A stretch of 11,942 nt of DNA, taken from the NCBI GenBank assembly GCA_031411295.1, contig JANOAV010000188.1, forward strand, positions 1 through 11,942. The letters are read 5' to 3'. The DNA comes from Verrucomicrobiales bacterium (GTDB lineage Bacteria; Verrucomicrobiota; Verrucomicrobiia; Verrucomicrobiales; V1-33). Shown piece by piece: positions 7,130-11,942 of this stretch (the first letter of the stretch is position 1; the number at the start of each line of letters is the position of its first letter). Both the position numbers and the translations under genes were made by a program. Under the pieces are notes generated by a model. The model did no database searches. It worked only from the letters and a program-made list of their open reading frames with translations, and was not told the origin of the DNA.

Positions 7130-8020
7130 ATGGATTTCCTGGCCTCGCTGCCACCGTGGTCATTGATCGAGGAAATCTTGCGGACGCTGGTGCTCCCGAC
7201 GTTTGTCGCGGCCAGCGTGGTCTTCGCTGTAGTCTGTGCCCTCTCGCGCTCGGAGCGCTGGCGGGCTATCGGTGCAGTTGTGGCGCTGATCGCAGGATTG
7301 GCCGCCGGAAATCATTTTCATCCTTTAGCGCAATGGTGGCCAAGTCCATTTCTTCGTGGCTGGCGCTGTTTGCTGCCAGTCATTTCCGGCGTGGCAACTG
7401 CCGCCGCGCTGCTGACGCTGCTGCCGGGTCGAATCCTTTGGATCGGGGGATTGGCCGCCCGCTTGTGCTTGGCTGCCAGTGGCACGTGGCTGTTGGTTGA
7501 GGCACTGTCTCCCCTGAGCGAAGCGTGGACCTATGGCGTTGTTCTGGTTGGGGTAGTTCTCAATTGGGAGGCCTGCCGTCTGATCCTTCCTGGTATCCCT
7601 TCGCGAACTGCTTTTGTGATCCTAACGACGGTCTGGGGTGGTGCGTCCGCCGCATTGCTGATCTTTGCGCATTCGGCCCGCTTCTCGGATCTTGCGGTGC
7701 TGCTCACCACGAGCCTGTGCGGGGTGGGCTTGGTTGCCCTGCTGAGGAAACTTGAGGTAACATTTCTCCTGGCAGTCCCGGCTGTATTTTATCCCTGTTT
7801 GTTGTTGGCTGGCGCGGCCAATACTTACAGTGAGATTCCAGTAAGCGCATTCGCTTGCGTGGCCTTTGCTCCGCTAGGCTTGCTAGTGCTATTGGTTCCG
7901 CAAATCCAGCGTCTGCCATTGCGGGTGCTCATGACGATTGCAGCCGCGGCCCTGCTTATCCCGTGTGCCATCGGCGTGGGAATGGCTGCACAGGTCGAGT
8001 CGTTGGACTATGGTGAATGA
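7130..8020 (+). CDS. Polytopic membrane protein of unknown function (about 9-10 TM helices)
   Basis: 296 aa, almost entirely hydrophobic segments with short loops. Starts 4 nt after the yceI stop and ends 3 nt before the ferredoxin start. No family recognised. Confidence 0.8.
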   Translation: MDFLASLPPWSLIEEILRTLVLPTFVAASVVFAVVCALSRSERWRAIGAVVALIAGLAAGNHFHPLAQWWPSPFLRGWRCLLPVISGVATAAALLTLLPGRILWIGGLAARLCLAASGTWLLVEALSPLSEAWTYGVVLVGVVLNWEACRLILPGIPSRTAFVILTTVWGGASAALLIFAHSARFSDLAVLLTTSLCGVGLVALLRKLEVTFLLAVPAVFYPCLLLAGAANTYSEIPVSAFACVAFAPLGLLVLLVPQIQRLPLRVLMTIAAAALLIPCAIGVGMAAQVESLDYGE

Positions 8021-8023
8021 CGT

Positions 8024-8239
8024 ATGCAAATTCCATCGCAATGCCCCGGTCGCTTCTATGTGGACGATACTTGCGTTGACTGCGGGCTCTGCCCGGAATC
8101 CCTGCCCACGGTCTTCCGGAGAGACGACCATGACGGGCAGAGCTACGTTTGGCAGCAACCAAGCACGGCGGAGGAGATCGCAGAGGCGGTAGCCGTGGCC
8201 GCCATCTGTCCCACCGAAAGCATTGGAACGGACGGATAA
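8024..8239 (+). CDS. Single-cluster [4Fe-4S] (or 3Fe-4S) ferredoxin
   Basis: 71 aa and acidic. Motif YVDDTC17xxC20xxC23 with a distal C62-P followed by TESI, as in monocluster ferredoxins. Confidence 0.9.
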   Translation: MQIPSQCPGRFYVDDTCVDCGLCPESLPTVFRRDDHDGQSYVWQQPSTAEEIAEAVAVAAICPTESIGTDG

Positions 8240-8284
8240 ATTGAGCGTGCATCTGCGCTGGTTCGGCTATCTTGGCCCAGCCTC

Positions 8285-10351
8285 ATGTCCACTTACCGCC
8301 AATTTGCCGAACGCATCCTCTTCAGCTCCAGTCTGGAAGAGAAATTGGCCGCGCCTACGCAGTCGCTGGTGGATGATGCCATGGGTCCTCCCATCCTGAG
8401 TCCATTGGTGCCAGCGCGATCCCGGGAGTTGCGGTTTGCGGCCATTGGCGAGCATGGGCCCAAGCCGCGGGAGGACCGACTGACGGAGGATCGGGAACGC
8501 GGGCTGCTGCTGCATTTCTTTTGCAATCACGAGTTGCTGGCCACCGAACTCATGGCCCTGGCGTTGTTGAAATTTCCCGATGCTCCGGCCCCCTTCCGCA
8601 AGGGGTTGATGCACACGCTGCAGGAGGAACAACAGCACACGCAGTGGTATTTGAAGCGCATGGCGGAGTGCGGCGTGAGCTTCGGGGAGTATCCCGTGAA
8701 TGGATTTTTCTGGCGCAGCATTGCGGACATGACCACACCGATGGACTATGTGGCTCGGCTTAGTCTAACATTTGAACAGGCTAATCTGGACTATGCGCAG
8801 CACTACGCCGCGCGCTTCCATGAGGCTGGTGATGAGGTTACGGCCGCCTTGTTACAGCAGATTTACAAGGATGAGATTGCCCATGTGGGCTATGGGTTGA
8901 AATGGTTCCGCCGTTGGAAGGGCGAGCATCGCAGCGATTGGCAGGCGTTCCAGGAATTGTTGGCATTTCCCCTGAGCCCGGCCCGTGCCAAGGGCACGAG
9001 GCACTTCAATGCCGCCGGGCGACGCAAGGCGGGGCTGGACGACGTGTTCATTGCCGCGCTGGAACTCTACAGTCAGAGCCGGGGCCGCACGCCGTGGGTT
9101 TATGTCTTCAATCCCGGGGCCGAAGCCGCGGCGGCAGCCCAAGATCCTAACGCGATTGATCCATCGACACGGCAAATCACGCAGGACTTGGACACGCTGC
9201 CATTTTTCCTGGCAAACGCCGAGGACACCGTGTTGCTGCAGCGTGAACCACGGGCGGATTTCTTGCGGGATCTTAAATCGTTAGGGGTGGAGTTGCCGGC
9301 CCAGGAAATTTTGGTGGAGGGGAAACTTGCCGCCGGGAGTGAGTTGCGGAACCGCAAGCTGGGCAAGTTGCGGCCCTGGGGGTGGAGTTCGGATTCGCAT
9401 GAGCTATTGCGGGATTTGCTCCCTAATTTACCTGCCTCAGATCAAGTTAGCCCTTGGTCACAAGGCACGCGGAAGCTTTATACCAAAGCCCATGCCGCCG
9501 AGTGTCTGGCGCGGCTTCCATGGCAGGCCGCGTTTGGCTCACGGGAAATCATCGGTAGTCCGGAGGGCTCGATGGAAGCGATCTGGGGCGCTGGCCACAC
9601 GGCCGTGGTGAAGGCTAACTTCGGTATCGCTGGTCGAAGCATGGCGCGTTTCGCTCCCGAGGATAAGCTTACGGCTCTGGAGCCGTTGCGCCAATCGCCA
9701 GGTGGCTACGTGGTGGAGCCTTGGCTGGAGCGGGTGGCGGATTTTTCTGCGCAGTATGAATGCGAGCCAGATCAGCCACCCAGGCTGAAAGGACTGGTTC
9801 GGCTGCATTGCGAACCGAGTGGTCGCTTCACGGCCTGCGTGGCCAGTGGAACCTTCAGCCGGCTGCTGCCCGCTGAAGTGGCGCGCTTTTTAAATGAACA
9901 AGGATCACCATGGCTCAAGCAACTCTACGGGACCGAGATCCCTAACGTGTTGGCGGCATCGCTGGCGGGAACGGGCTTCCGCGGGTTCCTCGGCATTGAT
10001 GCGTTCTTTTATCGGGATGCAGGCGGCAACCTTCGCTTGAAGCCCATCGTCGAGATTAATCCTCGCTGCACCATGGGCCGCACGACTTGGGAACTCATGG
10101 GACTGGCTGCGCCTGGCCACACGGTGCTAATGCGGATCTTCAGCAAGGCCGCATTGAAGAAAGCAGGCCACGCCACTTTCCCCGCGGCGGCGGCGGCGTT
10201 ACAACTTCGCTATCCCAGACAATTCAATGCCTCCGGGCAATTGCATGGCGGGGTGTTCACACTGAATGATCCAGCGACAGCGACGGGATTCCTTGCGGTG
10301 GCGTTGGTTAGTAAACGAGCGATCGGACCGGAGTCCCTGACGCTCATCTAA
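8285..10351 (+). CDS. Fusion: ferritin-like di-iron domain (DUF455-type, aa about 1-265) plus ATP-grasp-like domain (aa about 270-688)
   Basis: Di-iron ligand set E83, E115xxH118, E164 and E197xxH200, with DUF455-like LLHFFCNHE, EQANLD, DEIAHVGYGLKWF and FNAAGRRKAGL. ATP-grasp motifs VVK443ANFGIAGRS, VVE478PW, GFLGID572A and VE590INPR. Confidence 0.85.
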   Translation: MSTYRQFAERILFSSSLEEKLAAPTQSLVDDAMGPPILSPLVPARSRELRFAAIGEHGPKPREDRLTEDRERGLLLHFFCNHELLATELMALALLKFPDAPAPFRKGLMHTLQEEQQHTQWYLKRMAECGVSFGEYPVNGFFWRSIADMTTPMDYVARLSLTFEQANLDYAQHYAARFHEAGDEVTAALLQQIYKDEIAHVGYGLKWFRRWKGEHRSDWQAFQELLAFPLSPARAKGTRHFNAAGRRKAGLDDVFIAALELYSQSRGRTPWVYVFNPGAEAAAAAQDPNAIDPSTRQITQDLDTLPFFLANAEDTVLLQREPRADFLRDLKSLGVELPAQEILVEGKLAAGSELRNRKLGKLRPWGWSSDSHELLRDLLPNLPASDQVSPWSQGTRKLYTKAHAAECLARLPWQAAFGSREIIGSPEGSMEAIWGAGHTAVVKANFGIAGRSMARFAPEDKLTALEPLRQSPGGYVVEPWLERVADFSAQYECEPDQPPRLKGLVRLHCEPSGRFTACVASGTFSRLLPAEVARFLNEQGSPWLKQLYGTEIPNVLAASLAGTGFRGFLGIDAFFYRDAGGNLRLKPIVEINPRCTMGRTTWELMGLAAPGHTVLMRIFSKAALKKAGHATFPAAAAALQLRYPRQFNASGQLHGGVFTLNDPATATGFLAVALVSKRAIGPESLTLI

Positions 10352-11732
10352 ATTTGCGTTCCCGACGACCATAGCGGGATTCGCTGGGAGCCGGGGCCGC
10401 GCTGGGATCGCGCGGGGCAGCGTTTTCCCTAGGTGCACTCGAGCGGGAAGAATCTCGTGAGCCTTCGCGCGGCGGACCTTGACGCGCGGGCCGTGAGCCG
10501 CCGCCACCACCACCACCACCACCACCGGAACTTCCCCGACGTTGTTGCTGCTGCTGCCGTGGTTGCCGCGGCGGGCGCACTTCTTCCGGCATGGCGGACG
10601 CAGCGGCATTGTAGTCGAATCCTTCAGCCACTTTACGCACCAATCCCCGACCGATAAATTTCTCCAAAGCACGCAGTGGAGCCCGGTCTTCCCCGGTTAC
10701 GAAACTGATCGCATCCCCAATCGCTTTAGCGCGGCCGGTGCGTCCAATGCGGTGCACGTAGTCTTCGGCATGGGGCGGGAAATCATAGTTTACCACATGG
10801 GAAATACCTTCAACATCGATGCCGCGCGCGGCAATGTCCGTGGCCACTAGCACACGCACGGTGCCGGCCTTGAAATCCTGCAGCGCCCGCAGGCGTTGGT
10901 TTTGGGAACGATTCGAGTGCAGGGTGGCGGTCTTAATGCCACTGGCTTCCAGACGTTTGGCCACGCGGTCCGCCCCATGTTTCATGCGGGTGAATACGAG
11001 CACGCTATCCATCGCAGGATCTTCCAGCAGGTGAGCCAGCAGAGCGGGCTTCAAATGCATCGGAACTTCATACACTAACTGGGTCACAGACTCAGCGGGA
11101 TTGGATCGCTTGCCAATCTGCACCGTCTTGGGAGAACGCTGGAATTCATGGGTCAGCGACTCAATTTCCTTGGAAAGGGTGGCGGAAAACATCAACGTCT
11201 GGCGACGCTGGGGGAGCAATTTTACAATGCGGCGGATGGATGGCAGGAAGCCCATGTCCAACATGCGATCAGCCTCATCCAGCACGAGTGCCGTCAGATT
11301 GCGGAAGTCCCCGAAACCTTGCTGCATCAGGTCCAGCAATCGTCCCGGACAGGCGATTACTATATCCACCCCTTTGCGCAGCGCGGCCATTTGTGGGCGC
11401 TCGCCCACTCCGCCGAAGACGGTGGCCATGGTCACCTTGGTGTGCTGGGCGTAGGCCCGCACGTTTTCTTCAATCTGCACGGCCAACTCCCGGGTGGGAG
11501 CTAACACCAGCACTTTGATGCCCGTGCCCACACCTGCTTCGAGCAGTCGCGTCAGGATCGGCAGGGTAAACGCTGCCGTCTTACCGGTGCCCGTTTGGGC
11601 GATGCCAATCACATCCTGGCCGGTGAGGACGAGGGGAATGGCGGCTTGTTGAATGGGCGTGGGTTCAGTGTATCCGGCCTCGGCAATGGCTTGCAGCAGG
11701 CTGGAGTGAAGTTGGAGGGAACGAAAAGACAT
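10344..11732 (-). CDS. rhlE: DEAD-box ATP-dependent RNA helicase (RhlE-like) with disordered Arg/Gly/Gln/Ser/Pro-rich tail
   Basis: Q motif GYTEPTPIQ, AQTGTGKT, PTRELA, GG, CPGRLLD, LDEADRMLDMGF, SAT, TDIAARGID and YVHRIGRTGRA. Basic C-terminal tail with no DbpA domain. The RhlE subfamily call is less certain than the DEAD-box call. Confidence 0.95.
   Translation of the reverse strand: MSFRSLQLHSSLLQAIAEAGYTEPTPIQQAAIPLVLTGQDVIGIAQTGTGKTAAFTLPILTRLLEAGVGTGIKVLVLAPTRELAVQIEENVRAYAQHTKVTMATVFGGVGERPQMAALRKGVDIVIACPGRLLDLMQQGFGDFRNLTALVLDEADRMLDMGFLPSIRRIVKLLPQRRQTLMFSATLSKEIESLTHEFQRSPKTVQIGKRSNPAESVTQLVYEVPMHLKPALLAHLLEDPAMDSVLVFTRMKHGADRVAKRLEASGIKTATLHSNRSQNQRLRALQDFKAGTVRVLVATDIAARGIDVEGISHVVNYDFPPHAEDYVHRIGRTGRAKAIGDAISFVTGEDRAPLRALEKFIGRGLVRKVAEGFDYNAAASAMPEEVRPPRQPRQQQQQRRGSSGGGGGGGGGGSRPARQGPPREGSRDSSRSSAPRENAAPRDPSAAPAPSESRYGRRERKFR
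10497..10556 (-). repeat. Coding trinucleotide repeats: (CAG)3(CAA)2 = Gln5 and (GGT)7(GGC)3 = Gly10
   Basis: The + strand shows (GCC)3(ACC)7 at 10497-10526 and (TTG)2(CTG)3 at 10542-10556, in frame with the helicase tail QQQQQRRGSSGGGGGGGGGGS. Confidence 0.95.
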
Positions 11733-11755
11733 AAAGCGCTACCATGGAGCGCTTT
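11733..11755 (-). promoter_or_regulatory. Hairpin abutting the helicase start codon
   Basis: The mRNA reads AAAGCGCU-CCAUGGU-AGCGCUUU-AUG: a perfect 8-bp stem with a 7-nt loop, ending at position -1. Confidence 0.55.
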
Positions 11756-11942
11756 GCCAACGATGCACGCACTAAACCCAGTTTATTTTCTCGGGCTAAA
11801 GACCAATGCCTTTAAGGATTCAAAAATATCTGGAATTCTGTAATTTCCCATGGCGCCCTGCCAGCTTCTGATGGATTGGGCGGATGCCCCATAACTCCCT
11901 GCCGCTTCCCGCATTCTTTTCCAATTTCGCCGCAGCCTTTGC

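Noticed and set aside
8018..8026. In-frame TGA-CGT-ATG junction, suggesting readthrough or a selenocysteine fusion of membrane protein and ferredoxin
   Set aside because: Same-frame adjacency arises one time in three by chance. The TGA is not at a Cys-ligand position, and the ferredoxin is complete on its own.
10433..10657. Poly-His small ORF on the + strand
   Set aside because: It is an antisense shadow of the helicase (GGT)n Gly tract.
11340..11360. Helicase motif reads CPGR instead of TPGR
   Set aside because: A variant I recall from other bacterial DEAD-box proteins. All catalytic motifs are intact.
11780..11942. Open minus-strand frames entering from the right edge
   Set aside because: No recognisable motif. 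They cannot be distinguished from intergenic DNA without flanking sequence.
1..11942. Remaining short overlapping ORFs, and CRISPR, tRNA or rRNA candidates
   Set aside because: The ORFs are alternative-frame or antisense shadows typical of GC-rich genes. I saw no spaced direct-repeat array or structural RNA signature.

Overview
GC-rich bacterial window; the protein families and promoter style suggest Verrucomicrobia/PVC, which is an inference. The left edge holds the left end and transposase N-terminus of an IS5-family element that the ORF track missed. Next come a YbbP/FtsX-type ABC permease with no ATPase partner in the window, and a divergent pair of proline-directed, probably secreted enzymes: a cyclophilin fused to a TPM-like domain, and an S9A prolyl oligopeptidase. 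A tightly spaced + strand cluster follows: YceI, an unknown membrane protein, a single-cluster ferredoxin, and a 688-aa fusion of a ferritin-like (DUF455-type) di-iron domain with an ATP-grasp-like ligase domain. The window ends with a convergent RhlE-like DEAD-box helicase. The best candidate for an undescribed system is the ferredoxin plus di-iron/ATP-grasp fusion, a putative oxidise-and-ligate enzyme module. All family assignments come from motif recognition; no database searches were run.
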